The notes beneath the pieces were generated by a model that saw nothing but the letters and a program-made list of their open reading frames with translations, had not been told where the DNA came from and did no database searches. Shown here piece after piece: positions 12,081 through 25,312 of a stretch of DNA of 64,000 nt (within the stretch, counting starts at the first letter, position 1; every line of letters starts with the position of its first letter). The DNA is from Octopus sinensis (Eukaryota): NCBI RefSeq assembly GCF_006345805.1, contig NC_042998.1, positions 125,550,001-125,614,000 on the forward strand, given 5' to 3'. Position numbers and translations under genes: made by a program.

Positions 12081-12463
12081 AGGAGTGGCTGTGTGGTAAG
12101 TAGCTTGCTAACCAACCACATGGTTCCGGGTTCAGTCCCACTGCGTGGCATCTTGGGCAAATGTCTTCTGCTATAGCCCCGGGCCGACCAATACCTTGTG
12201 AGTGGATTTGGTAGACGGAAACTGAAAGAAGCCTGTCGTATATATGTATATATATATCTATATGTATGTGTGTGTGTGTTTGTCCCCCTAGCATTGCTTG
12301 ACAACCGATGCTGGTGTGTTTATGTCCCCGTCACTTAGTGGTTCGGCAAAAGAGACCGATAGAATAAGTACTGGGCTTACAAAGAATAAGTCCTGGGGTC
12401 GAGTTGCTCAATTAAAGGTGGTGCTCCAGCATGGCTGCAGTCAAATGACTGAAACAAGTAAAA
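12081..12463 (+). mobile_element. tRNA-derived composite SINE, family 2 (internal TA/GT microsatellite)
   Basis: aggagtggctgtgtggtaagtagc...ggttcagtcccactg head. About 96% identical to the reverse complement of 25531-25937. Confidence 0.88.
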
Positions 12464-12466
12464 TAA

Positions 12467-12519
<53 letters not shown>

Positions 12520-12521
12520 TA

Positions 12522-12623
12522 ATATTGATTTGACTGGGACTTCAGGTTCTGCTCTTAATGGCTTATTCAACCAGTTGAATAAGCTGATATGCACAAAACT
12601 TAAGATGCCAGTCAAATCAATAT
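12522..12623. repeat. 102-bp palindrome with a 2-nt spacer
   Basis: Perfect outer arms atattgatttgactgg / ccagtcaaatcaatat (16 bp) and inner arms gcttattcaac / gttgaataagc (11 bp). Confidence 0.85.
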
Positions 12624-12888
12624 CAACAATAATTGACTTCATACTATATGTAGAGGCCTCACTGTCAGTACTGCTGCTTTTTCACAAGTTTATTAACAAC
12701 ATCAAACAATACATTTACACACAAACACATACACAGACAGACAGACAGACAAACTCTGAAGTCTTTATCGGGGGACTAGGTATATGGAGTTAGTAGAGGT
12801 TTCAACCAGATGTGTACATATGTGTTTATCTTCTGAATAAATTTAGTTTTTGTATCTATCTATCTATATACATATATATATATATCTT

Positions 12889-12943
<55 letters not shown>

Positions 12944-13139
12944 CAAGCCTAATCGTATTTATCTGCATGTCTATCTCTCTCTCTCTACAAATATGTGTGT
13001 ATGAGAGAGAGAGAACAAGATAGATATAGGTAGAACGATATATCTATATACAGCAACTTTGACAAATTTTGGCATGTAGTAGCCAAGGACATGCCTGGAT
13101 AATAAGTATATATTGTGCATACTGTGCAATATTATTTTC

Positions 13140-13345
13140 TACTCTAGGCACAAGGCCCAAAATTTTGGGGGAGGGGAGCCATTCGATTAGATCGACCCTA
13201 GTATGTAACTGGTACTAAATTTATTGACCCAGAAAGGATAAAAGACAAAGCTGACCTCAGTGAAATTTGAACTCAGAACTTAACAGTACAAAATACTGCT
13301 AAGCATTTCATCCGGCATGCTAACGTTTCTGCCAGCTCGCCACCT
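13140..13345 (-). mobile_element. tRNA-derived SINE, family 3
   Basis: Reverse complement of ggcgagctggcagaaacgttagc...gagttcaaattt. Similar to 38447 and 48857. Confidence 0.78.
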
Positions 13346-14084
13346 TGGTCCCAGTGACAAACATTGCAAGATAACTGGGACTATTTTGACACTACACAAC
13401 ACAGACGCTGTATTACAGAGCACAGTAGTTATATTGTGGTATAAGAATGTTACTATACAATGTCATATGACATTATAACTGTCATACTATGAATCACTGC
13501 ATAAGCTGAATAAGACACATTTGTCATGCTGTGATATTATATAACAGAACCATTATACTATTTAACATTATACAAACACATACAATGCACTACAACATAT
13601 GTAATACAGCTGGCAATACTTACAAAAATAGAACAGTGCTACCATGAAAACATTCTTCATATTTAGATCAGCTTATTTTCAATTACTAATTTAACTGCAT
13701 TGAAACCCTTTCCCGTTTAACTGCATTTAAAATTTAGCATTTTCATGATTTAAGGAATTCTTTTAACCCTTTAACCTATAAAGTGACAAAATCTAGCTGT
13801 CATAAAAACATTAATATTTTTCAAACTGGCCATACCAGACCCTACTGGCATGTTACCTTTCAGAAAAAGGAAACTCAAACAAATCATAGGAACCTTGTTG
13901 TTGGCATCCTTTTGTCTCAGGAGACAATGGAGTTGCGCATAAACTAATCCAGTCTGGTTTTTACATTTCATGTCCTCTCCAGTTTCCTCTCTAGTTTTGC
14001 GCAGGCCTGGGCTAGCCATGACACCAAGAATAATTGATCATTTCGCTAAAATCATTGGTGACAAGCATGAGCAATTTTATATAT

Positions 14085-14640
14085 ATCATCATCATTCAAC
14101 TCCTGTTGTCCATGCTGGCAGGGGTTGGATGGTTTGACCAGGGCTGGCAAACTGGAAGGCTGCACCAGATTCCAGTCTGATATGGCATGGTTTCTACTGC
14201 TGGATGCCCTTCCTAACACCAACCACTCTGTGATTGTAATGGGTGCTTTTATGTGCTGATGGCACGGGTGCCATTTACATGACACCAGAATCTGTCACAA
14301 CTGCAATTTTGCTCAGCTGAGCCAAACAGTTTTTTGTTTTCAACTATATACATGTGCTTGTCCAAATAGATTCTAGAGTATCTTCCTTCAGAGTTTGAGT
14401 TGTTAAAACTTTACATTCAATTTTGCACGACATAATGCCAAAAGTCTTTGGTCATTGCCTCCAAGAGGCCCAACACTCAAAAGGAACTCAGCCACTTTGC
14501 CTCCGAGAGGTCCAATGCTTGAAAGGAACTTGCCTCTGTGAGGCCCAATACTCAGAAGGAACTTGCCTCTGTGAGGCTCAACACTCAAAAGGAACTCAGC
14601 CACTTGGCCTCCATAAGGCCCAATGCTCGAAAGGTGTAAA
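14085..14640 (-). mobile_element. RTE 3' UTR fragment interrupted by a 105-bp copy of 15403-15507
   Basis: RTE tail, then foreign sequence at 14316-14420, then resumed UTR with aaggaac.../gaggcccaa short tandem units. Confidence 0.72.
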
Positions 14641-15768
14641 CAGTGAAATTTGTATTGTATGAGTAGTATGAAAAGCAACAGATTTATAGCATACAGATTC
14701 CATTTTTTTTCTCAGAGATGTGGCTACTTGAACTAAAGTTCTAGTAAACACAACTGCAATATGAGAAATTAAAGACAAAGAAAATTTATGTTCTTACACC
14801 ATCTTTCACCTTGAACTGCCAAATATTTGTTATTTATTTGTAATATTTTCCTACAATGTCTAAAATAGTTCTTTGGCACTACTCATGCAGTTACTTTGCA
14901 TTAGGGTTTGTTCAAACAGCAACAGGTTTTCATTTTCTAATGTGTTTTATTTGAAAGCAAACATACTCATATGAGGTTATGAAACCATCAAGACTGTGTG
15001 ACAATTTAACCAAAACTCAATGGCAGAAAAGTAAATGAAACTCAACATTTCAAGACTTGAAGAGGAATTTAGAAAAGAAACAATTACAACCATTATTAAC
15101 ATCAGCTAACTTGCTTTTAATGGTTTTGGTGTATCTTACGATATAACAACTTTGATTACCAAAAGCAAAAAACCATACACACTGTGAGCAAATCATTGTT
15201 ATATTATGATTTTTGAATTTTAATAAATTCTCTAAAGTATATATCACTAGTATATGCGCAAAAATGGAGCCTGATTAGAACAGTGATCTGGTAAGTCAGT
15301 GTACCTCAGGAAATCTTTTGTTATCTCAACTAATGAAAAGGAAACCTATGCAACTATATACTAAAATATGTGACCCATTTCCCTTTCACTTTGTCTATAT
15401 ATGCTGAGCCAAACAGTTTTTTGTTTTCAACCATATATATCTGCTTGTCCAAATAGATTCTAGAGTATCTTCCTTCAGAGTTTGAGTTGTTAAAACTTTA
15501 CATTCAAATATTATTTAATGAATAATTTATCAAAATTTTCTTTAAACTTCAGTAAATGTCATTTAATCTGTTAATTGTAAGGTAGGTAGTTCATGGAAAA
15601 AGATTGCCAAGCATGAAACAACACAGTGCATAGTTTGCTCTCATTAACTTAGGTGTCAACCCAAAACTCTTTCCCCATTAAAACAGTATGTTCAATATAC
15701 ATAATAAGACCTTAAATAAATAAAAATCCTAACAATATTTTCTTATTCTGGAATGAAGTGATACTCAC

Positions 15769-15850
15769 TGTGAACACAACTCTGAAATTATTCAACATAT
15801 CTATATCTTTAGGCATTCCTTCTTTACCCCATTTCACAACATAATTTTCA
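15769..15850 (-). CDS. DOCK1: DOCK-A exon H ([28 protein letters not shown])
   Basis: ttttccag|T GAA ... ACA|gtgagt. 82 nt, phase 2 to 0. Resembles SENYLVRW...LPKDIDRLHNLRAVFT. Confidence 0.94.
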
Positions 15851-16646
15851 CTGGAAAAATAAATAAAAGAGTAGGTATAAACCTTAAAGGAAAAAACAAA
15901 GCAAAAATAATTTGTAACAAAAATAACTCCTGAAATTCTGCAATACATGCTCAGGTAATGTATATAGGTGGAACAGAGTTGCTAAATTTCTTTTGAAAAA
16001 GTTCTCTCTTAAGTGTTGGGCTGGTCTTATATATCAAGCCTTATGATAATAATATACTCATTGTCACGATTGGAATGGTACCTGAAAGTTAACTACATAT
16101 AAATATTTGAGTAATATGCCCACATTTCAGAGTAAAACTCACTAAACCAGCATTTTCACTCAATCAATAGGCATCTATGGTAAATGACATAGTGATGGAT
16201 GTTCCTTAACAAGTTTGTTATAAAAGCAAATATAGGAGGTCTACAAAGGTTTATCTGCATGAAAAGATCTCCCAATAAGATACAAGTGTTTTTTTGCAAT
16301 ATGTAAATTCATTCAAGTAAATTTATATTTACTATGTTGATATGAAAGTCTGATTCAGCCTATATGAAAAGAATATATAAATATGGCAATTGTAACAGGT
16401 AGTGAGCATATTTAGATATTACAACTGGATGGACTATTCAATAACTTACAATTGAGTATTATAAGCTATTGATCAATACTGATCAAAGTTGGTTTAGCTG
16501 AGTCACTTCACAAAATCGATTAATTTCCTGCACTATACTGGGACAATTGATCAGAAGACTAAGTTGCTTTCTATCCAAAATATTTGCATAGCACTAACAA
16601 TCCATCATTTGCTATTCATTACCTGGATGAGATATAATTAACTTAC

Positions 16647-16795
16647 CTAATAAAGTTTCCTGTTTGTTCATCGTAGAGATTCATCAGCAGATCTGCATCT
16701 TCCCCAATTCGACATACAAAGTTCCGCAACATCACGTACAATCCAAATGTTGGTTGAATTAATGGTTTCACTTCTACTTCAGTGGAATTTCGACT
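16647..16795 (-). CDS. DOCK1: DOCK-A exon G ([49 protein letters not shown])
   Basis: ttccatcag|AGT ... ATT AG|gtaagt. 149 nt, phase 0 to 2. Resembles NVVCKIGEDAEVLMSLYD. Confidence 0.93.
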
Positions 16796-17444
16796 CTGAT
16801 GGAAACATAAGCAATAAAAAGAAAAATGGAAGAACAAGAAAATTTATTTCTAAGCACACTATTTACATCCATTTGCCCAGTATTCAAGGATCAGTGGTGT
16901 TTCTACCAGAAATATTGTACTCTTGTATTGTGAGAAAATTGTCACACTACAGTTTATAAATTTAAAGATAGAAAGAAAAGTTCTGAGATGAAGGTACTAC
17001 TTCTAATGACCCATAGTCATCAAATCATACCAAACTACTTAAATCACTGAGTCATTTTCAAGCTGTGATATTAACTTCTTCACTGACAATGGACTCTATT
17101 CCAGAAGAGGGGGCCTTGCATATCCCTCTGAGATTGGTGAGATCTCAGAGGGATGTTGAAATAGGAATGGCATCCAGGCGTAAAACCAAATCCTCCAGAA
17201 AGCTGCAAACTAAGAATACAAAAATAAATGTCCTAACTATGCTGGTATAGGAAGATGGGTGTTAACAAAAATAGAGTAACCCCACCACCAAAAAAAAAAA
17301 AAACCTTGCAGGAATTACTGCACTGACATGACTAGGTGACAAGAGATTAAACAAACTATTTCTATTATAACAGTAAAAAATAAAGGATTTTAACAATTTC
17401 AGTGCCTACATATTTAAAAAGAAAATTCAAAATAAACAACATTA

Positions 17445-18420
17445 TTATCATTTAACATCCAGTTTCCATGTTGATGTTGAGTTTGATGGTTTGAAAGATC
17501 TAGCAAGCTAGAAGGCCACATCAAGCTCCAATGTTAGCTTTGCTATAGTTTCTATAGCCTGGATGCCCTTCTTAATGCCAACCGCTTTATAGTGTACTGG
17601 GTGCTTTTATTCATGCTATTGGCACTAGTGAGGTTGCTATGTAAACTTGCAAGACAAGAAAAGAAGAAAGGGTGGGGATAAAAAGCTCCTGCTACTAAAA
17701 GGGGAATGAGAGGGGAAAGTGGAGGTGGGTGGCTTTAAACCAGGTATGAAAATGTTAAAATATGGTAGAGGGACAAGCAAAAGAATAAACATCTTCCAAA
17801 AATCAAAACACAGAAATTTGATATTAATTCAGCTAAAACCAATACCTAAAACTATTTGAAATTTCCTGACGGTGACAACATTGTCGTTGCTGCTGTCATC
17901 ATCATTTAACGTCTGTCTTTCATGTTGGCATGAGTTGGACAGTTTGACAGGAGCTGGCAAATCAGAAAGCTGCACCAACTCCCACTGTCTACTTTGACAT
18001 GGTTTCTAAGGCTAGATGCTCTTCCTAATGCCAACCACTTTACAGAGTGTACTGGGTGTTTTTTATGTGGCACCAGCACTGGTGCTCTTTTACATGGCAC
18101 CAACACTAGTGGGGTCACCAAGTAACTTGTGAGACAAAAACCTCTTAACTGGAGGAGTGGAACTGAGGGAAGTGGCTTTGTGCCAGGTGAGGGGTTAGAG
18201 TATAATAGAGGGATAGAAATAGGTAGGTCTCTTACTATAGAGGAGATACTTAGCTAGCCTAGTAGGAAATGAAAGGAAAGGAAAGCGAGATAGAAAGATA
18301 GAGAGACAGTCAGAATAAGAGAGAAAAATAAATAGTGTTGGAAATGCATTGGGACATACCACAGGGAACAGTGAGTGGGGGATAGAACAGAGGGGATAGA
18401 AGGGGATGTTCCATAAGAAT
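17445..18420 (-). mobile_element. Two old RTE 3' tail/UTR fragments (about 17445-17700 and 17895-18420)
   Basis: Two (cat)n-ttaac...ccatg tails followed by purine-rich UTR sequence. Confidence 0.68.
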
Positions 18421-20384
18421 GTTTAGAGACAGGAAATTAAATTACAAGAAGATTTGTTATACACCAAGTCCGAAGGGTTGGCAATCTGCCTCCTATTAAT
18501 GGTGCTACAATGTTCAATCCACTTTGTTGTGAAGCAGTAAATAATTACTAACCCACGGCAGTAAGCAGTGGAAGCATTATATAATTAAAGGAAGTTTTGA
18601 GTGTTTATAACATAGACGATCTTAAAGCAATGAAGTTCCAGTCTGAATGTCTTACAACATTTAATTTAGTCTCTTCACATTCAGAGTTCAAATCTGTTAA
18701 AGCTGACTTTGATTTCCATTCATTGTTCCACAGTTGATAAAATAAGTACCAAGTTTAAATAGGTGTAAATTCAACAAATTATACAGAAGTCACTTAAAAT
18801 TTTGTATATTTGTGCTAAGGTAATAAATCAATAATATGTTGTTACATATTTCATTTCAAGCTAACAAAGGAACTGCTAGATCAGGCATAAGCAACCTTTT
18901 ATGAGAAGTGAGCCATATGAAACACAGCTCATTATCCAGTGGATCATGCTACTAAAAATATTTTTTTTAAATAATAAAGGTCATTTTTTTTTTGTTGGTG
19001 TGCCATTTAGAAAGTCCCAATGGTTGCAGTTTACTCAAGACTTTGGAAGATGATCAATGAACCTGCTAGAAATAGTAACCAAATCTTGCTTCAACCACAT
19101 CTCTTAAAAAAAAAAGACATAAAGCTAAACAAAAGCAAATCTTGTTTATAGCAAACATTTGCATAGAATTTCTACATTTGAACTAGAAGCCAATAAGAGC
19201 AAGAAAAGCAAAAAAAACTTTATTTCTGACTAAGCAGATCTTGGTTCAAATACAAAGAAGCTACTTATGCTGTTTTTTTTAACTCTTTTTTGCAACACAT
19301 TTACATTTGTTTTTGTTACTTAATATGGACTGGATGTTACTACAAAAGTTTGTATTTGTATTAACTGAAAAATATTTTTTATGCAGTACAGACAGCAGTA
19401 AAATAAATATAGAAACTATTTTCAAGTGAGGTAATTAGTATCTTATCTTGACTAAAGGATCAATGTAATTCATGTAGCCTTATTAGTAAGTATAATCAGT
19501 AAACTTTCTACTATAACTCTTCAGCCTTCAAATTCACATATTCAATGAACCTAAAGTGCTTTTCTTTGCACTTGAATAACCAAAATAGGTAATGATTTTG
19601 AGATAAATTAAAGAGTTTTTTAATGAATCTCAATTATTCTGTCAGAAAAAAAAAATTTAATTGAAAAAAAAAAAAGAGAAAGAAATATATTAATTTGTTC
19701 ACTTTTTTAAAACTTTTATCTCAGAATGTACAGCTTTCTTTAAAATAAGCAGGCACAAGACCATTTATTTTTATAGGTTCAGGGATAGTTGACTAGAATT
19801 CAAAGCTTAGAGAGCCGAAATTAAATAATATAAGGGTTAATTCTGATGTTCAACAATTTCTAACTCACAGTTCCTATATTTTTCAGTTTTATTTAAGTCT
19901 CTAAGACAGATAATCTAAAAATTAATCAAATGATTCAACAAATATAATTATGCCCACACATACACATAGAAACTTAGAAACTTCAAACTGTATAATGTAT
20001 GACAACCCAAAGGAATTAGCATGTGAAGATTAAAGGAGAAAATACATTAGTTGAATATGATCCACTGGGAATATGAATACAAGGTATAAGTAAGAAAATT
20101 ATGCATGGAGTTGAAATTTAAGGAAGCTAGACAGAGGAGTTTGTTAAAATTATGGGAATGGAAAGAAAGAGAGATAAGATAAATTCAGGATGTTTTTCCT
20201 AGGTTTAGGCTACATCAAAAAAAGAGAGGTAGAAGGACCATATGTTTATTAAAACCTAAAGAATCTTACAAGGGCAACAACACTCCCTTTAACTGATGCT
20301 ATCAATTTGGGAGTATTTTGACTGTAGAAAAACTATGCATTATCAGATGTACTGCAGATAGAGTTGATAAATTAATTCACTTAC

Positions 20385-20417
20385 ATTTTCTTGGATTCTT
20401 TTAGCTGCAAGAACATG
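20385..20417 (-). CDS. DOCK1: DOCK-A exon F, 33-nt mini-exon (HVLAAKRIQEN)
   Basis: tccttgtatttttcag|CAT ... AAT|gtaagt. Phase 0 to 0. Supplies the His of the RAHE-like motif (IYRQ-H). Confidence 0.85.
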
Positions 20418-21102
20418 CTGAAAAATACAAGGAAAAATCCAAGTTATATATACAAACAAATTTTTGTTGTTGTTTCTCTAAGAACTCCAAAGAGATGGAT
20501 ATTGTACTAACTAAATATGTATGCAAACATGGTCTATCAGTTATGTGAAGAAGAAGTAAAGTTGTGGAACTCCTTAAAAATGTTCAATGTAGTTTAAATT
20601 TTGAGACAGTTTGCAAAATTTTGTCATGTAAGGGGAAAAAAATTTGCTGGAATAAATAAATGTTGGGATGTCATTAACGAAATTAAAATTGTAAATCATG
20701 CAAGAGGTTGATACTTCAGTCCAGCAACACTAAATCTCATATTGGATGACCCTGAGAGATAAGTGTTTTAATGTATAGTTTTTTCTACTGTATACTAAAC
20801 CATTGTGATGTCTATTAGTTTTCTATCAATTCAAGCTCTACATTCTTTAGTAGCCAGAAAAATGTAAATTGCTACAAGTTTCTTTGGATCTGATCTGGGT
20901 TTTCCTTCAGTCTGGCATTTCTGTCAATCAGGTTTCAGATCATAGACTTATTTTGTACCAGTGCACTTTTGACAAAATTGGTAAGCAAATAAAGAGAGTA
21001 TAAAAAAAATATTTTGATCTTATGAGGTAACAAAGAAGCCAAATGCTTTAGTAAAATAAAAGCAGACAATATTTTATGATAACCTATAAATCAAGGACTC
21101 AC

Positions 21103-21190
21103 CTGACGATAAATCTTTACAGTGCTGGTTTTCTGAGGATCAATAATATTTCCTTCATCATCACGCACCACAAGGTCCATCTTTAAGGAA
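21103..21190 (-). CDS. DOCK1: DOCK-A exon E (SLKMDLVVRDDEGNIIDPQKTSTVKIYRQ)
   Basis: ttttcaaaag|T TCC ... CGT CAG|gtgagt. 88 nt, phase 2 to 0. Resembles DLVVRDEDGNILDP. Confidence 0.92.
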
Positions 21191-21299
21191 CTTTTGAAAA
21201 AAATAAATGTAAAATAACATGTGTGTGTGATGCACGTGCACACTCACACACAACAATATATATGTCATTTTCAATCAGCAGACATTACAAAGGGTATGC

Positions 21300-22130
21300 A
21301 CCTTCTTGATAAGGATTAGCATCTTGAGATTAAGCTTTCACCGTGTTTCCTTCTTCTACAAGTTCCTTCCACTTAGATCTTGGTACTTCTTTACTCAACT
21401 GTCATCCTTCAGTACCAATGCAGTCTTTTCTCTTACATCTAATTCCCTATTTGCTCTTGGGTCATTCTCATTCCATTATTTAAGCAAACTAATTTTACAC
21501 ATCCATCAGAACATATTCCATTTTATCCCAGCCTTTATATATCATCTACATTCAATTCCTATGTTTATTTACCATACAATATTGCCCTTCATACACAAGT
21601 ATCATACAATATGTCCTTCAACAGTAGAGGGAAATTTTCTATTGCCATTAGAGGCAATAATTATTCTATGAACTTTTCCCACTTCCTCCTTATTCTGGCT
21701 TCTATGTTTTCAGAACATGCTATTCCCTGTTTCTTAGTTCACCTGTCTAACAGAAGCTGCCAACTACTTCTTGAGTGTTTTCCAGGTATCTGAAAGAATT
21801 AATTTCATGGGTTCTCTTTACTGCTAACTATTCCTAAATGTTTGCTACATGTCACCTTCCTGTGATGCCATCATATTTCTTGTGCATCTATAGTTTACAG
21901 TACAGATTTTTTCACATGTTCCTTTTTAATATATTAAATCTGATGACTTTCTTGAAGGCAGTATAGAGAACTGTTTTCTATTTTGCTTATTTTAAAATTA
22001 GGTTCTTTCTAGGTTTATTCTGAATCTTCTCAAATATAGGATTTGCTTCCACATTTAAATTTCCTTTCTAATTTTTCAACAAATTCAGCTTCAAGAACTA
22101 GGTTATTGGTGTACACGAGGTCTCCCGGAC
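21300..22130 (-). mobile_element. Highly decayed RTE thumb/C-terminal fragment
   Basis: Reverse strand resembles the RTE C-terminus (RLHWY, GTCRRRK-like remnants) with many stops. Confidence 0.55.
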
Positions 22131-22719
22131 AGTTAATCTTAACTCTTCACCTTTCTAAGGGGTTTTCTTGCCTTTTATTGACATAACAGCAAAATAAAGT
22201 CATGTAATTTATAAAACATGTGTTAAAAGAGGTTAGATAAAAGTTATATGACAGCTCCAGATAGTTTTCATACGTCAGAAGATTTGAGTAATGATAGTGA
22301 AGATCAGTATATGACTTCAGCTGATTCATATAGCTCAGAATCTCTTGAAAAAAAGATTTAGAACACAAAAGACATACCCAACAGCAGGTAAGAGAAGCTG
22401 CACCTGTAGGGCCAAGAAATGTATTACCACTGCATTTTTATTCTATGTCAGAATAAAATGATTTTTAAATAATTTAAAATAAAATTTTGTATCAGAATAA
22501 CTGAAAATAGAATTTATTTGATGAATAACATTAAATTTTTGTAATAAGCTTTGTGTATAGCTCATACATTCTAATAGAAATAAATTTCTAACAACACAAT
22601 AAGAATATTGCTGTTATGTAATATTGGAATGTATATTATATATGACACATAGAATGGAAAAGAGTTAAACTCTTCTGTTTGGCCTAGGGAATTAACCATA
22701 AACAAGAGGGGGATAGAAA

Positions 22720-23075
22720 TTAAGCCCTAATGGACACCTACATGCAAACTAATTGCACCCTAAACTTGTTGCTCACAACAGCTGTTCCTATAGCTAGCAT
22801 GACTCTCACAAACTATTCATCTACATCTTTTCATCAAACTACAGAGCATAGCACTCTACTCAAGGCCTTTTCCAAATCAATCCATGCAGGGTATTGCAGG
22901 TTGCACTTACCTAGTTGTCTAATTATGGAAAGGGCATTGGAGGAATCCTGCCCTGGTACATATTTGAATTGCATCTCATTTAAGCTAATACTCTTAATTA
23001 GCTGTGATTCAGCTATTTCTATTCCTGCCATAACTTGGTCTATAAATTTGATGCGCCGTGTGTGTGTGGTGACAA
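22720..23075 (-). mobile_element. Decayed RTE RT fragment
   Basis: ORF 22834-23235 contains IKFIDQVM...LNEMQFKYVPG...IDLEKALSRV, which aligns with IKLLDQVM...LDEMQFGFVPG...DMEKAFDRV of the 26583 copy. Confidence 0.8.
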
Positions 23076-23130
23076 TCTCAACATGGTATTGGAAAATGTC
23101 CACCTTATGATAGAAGCCTGTAAGTGAATG

Positions 23131-23505
23131 GTGGAGGCACAATGGCTCAGTGGTTAGGGCAGTGGACTCGCAGTCGTGAGATCGTGGTTTTGATTCCCAG
23201 ACTGGGCATTGTGAGTGTTTACTGAGTGAAAACACCTAAAGCTCCAAGAGGTTCAGTCAGGGGGTGGTGGCGAACCCTAATGTACTCTTTGACCACAACC
23301 TTCTCTCACTCTTTCTTCCTGTTTCGGTTGTATCTGTATTTCAAAGGGCCAGCCTTGTCACACACTGTGTCATGCTGAATCTCCCTGTGAACTACGTTAA
23401 GGGTACATGTATCTGTGGAGTGCTCAGCCACTTGCATGTTAATTTCATTAGCAGGCTGTTCCGTTGACTGAATCAACTGGAACCCTGATTGTTGTAACCA
23501 ATGGA
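23131..23505 (+). mobile_element. tRNA-derived SINE, family 4
   Basis: ggaggcacaatggctcagtggttagggcagtggac...gattccc head. A decayed relative of the 3' part lies at about 31510-31670. Confidence 0.75.
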
Positions 23506-24881
23506 ATAAGTGAATGGCTTAAAAGCTCAATCAAAAGAAGTTTGAATTCAGTAGTGGAGCAGACTGAGATGGTCAGAGAAGTTTTGTTGCTAAATTCATG
23601 CATACTGGGTAGTAGTTATGGGGAAGACACAATATGAAACTATATTGCAAGAGAAAGAGAAGTGGTAAGTACAAAAAATAAGTTTAAGTGGAAGATGTGG
23701 CCTAGCATATTGTCAACAAGTTCAGAGAAGCAGAGATCATTGTGTAATAGTAGACAAGATGAAGGATAGGTGATAGTTAAAGAATGCTAATGCAACAAGA
23801 TTTTCCAAGCAAGTGAACAATCTACTTTGGACATCATCCAGAATAAAAACACTAAACTGTTGCCATGACCTGTTGCTTGGCTGCTGTTCTGTTTGAATTG
23901 CTATTTTCATGCTAATGATGTACACCAGGTAGACCTGACCTGGGTTATTTAATACCAATGATTTCTAACACAGGCACAACTTCACAAAAGTCAAATACAT
24001 TGAACCCAGTATTTACTGATATTTCTTTTATTGCCCCCCTCTCCCACACACATATTAAGGATAAAGTTATTACTGGCAGGAATTGAACTCATAATGCAAA
24101 GTGACACGACTGAATACCACCTTACTCGTGAATCTGCCAGTCATTGTCCAACTTAATAAAAATAACCACAACAACAAAATATCTGTATGATTGTATCCCT
24201 AAAATTAAAAGCTAGATTCATGGAGAATTTAATTCAGTCAAGAAGCATGAAGTTTACTCAGTAATAAGTTTTTCCAGCTACTTAAAAGCTAAAGCTATGT
24301 CAAAGCTCATGTCTGTGTCCTATTTCACAATGCTTTCCTAAGTAGTTAAGTAAATTATTACTGGAAGTTTTTTATTTAACTAAGTGATACAGAACAGCTC
24401 TAGTGATGTGGTGTGAATTCTAAAAGTATTTGACTGAGGAAACCAACACTATTCACTCAGTCATTGTGACTCCATATCTTAACACAATTCTGTCAGGATA
24501 TAAGATGAAAAATTAATTTTTTTTTCCACCTCCACCCCACTTTTTGTTTTTATTTGTCAAGCTCTGTAGTACAGCAGTTAAGTTCTTACCAAAATAGGTC
24601 AGTGAATAAGTTTCAATAGCCAATGAAAACCGTTTCATTTACACTGTTTTCATGTTTCACAAAACTTCATTTTTGTAAATCTGAAGACTTTCCGACTTTA
24701 CAGCAACACAATAAATGTGTGACAGCTGTTCGACTCAGTTGCAAGTGAAGTTTATAGTTGCACCTATTCGTGTCCAAGTCACAATTAACACCAAAATGAT
24801 GTAAACTAACAATACTAGGATAAAGTTAAACAATCATACATAAACCGAAAACTAAAACAAATTGAGATTCATGATACATAC

Positions 24882-24937
24882 ACATTTCCAGAATCGATTT
24901 TAGAGGTGGCTTTGTGCTTCAAATCACGTAACTCATC
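24882..24937 (-). CDS. DOCK1: DOCK-A exon D (DELRDLKHKATSKIDSGN)
   Basis: tttttttttcag|GAT GAG ... AAT GT|gtatgt. 56 nt, phase 0 to 2. Resembles DELKELKKKVTAKIDYGN. Not in the ORF track. Confidence 0.92.
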
Positions 24938-25312
24938 CTGAAAAAAAAAAGAAGATAGGTCACAAGACAAATACAAAATGGACTGGTAGAACTAAAAAAA
25001 TATAGACATTTTTGTCTCTCTGTTAACTTAAATGTTTAGCATTATAAATTTCTACAATTTCCTGTATGGAGTAATTTTTAATATTCCCCATTTCCTACAA
25101 TTTATTACTATTTATTATTTCCAGGAAATCTTTTAGAGTTTCTAGAATTTATTAATTATTCTGAAGCACAGAATTAGGAGACCATTGCATCTATATTGAA
25201 AAACTGAACTAGGAAAAAAGATCTATGAAAAAAAAAAAAGTGACAAAAATAAATAACACACCCCTCCCTGTCATTAAACATGTGTACTGTAAACTAAAAA
25301 CTGATTACTTAC

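Noticed and set aside
13771-14019. 82-aa minus-strand ORF where the next DOCK exon was expected
   Set aside because: No DOCK similarity. Exons H and I join in frame without it, and part of it overlaps a MITE remnant.
14430-14640. Repeat-spacer-like pattern resembling a CRISPR array (also 28508-28740)
   Set aside because: Units are irregular, adjacent and lack unique spacers. They lie in LINE 3' UTRs in eukaryotic DNA with no cas genes.
13763-19840. ttaaccctt ... aagggttaa as the ends of one 6-kb piggyBac element
   Set aside because: The interval contains two essential DOCK exons and no transposase. These are more likely separate MITE remnants.
21180-24884. Alternative in-frame splice pairing (donor 24883 with the acceptor before ATG GAC)
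   Set aside because: It removes four residues that DOCK1 homology requires, and the gtgtat donor is weaker than gtatgt.
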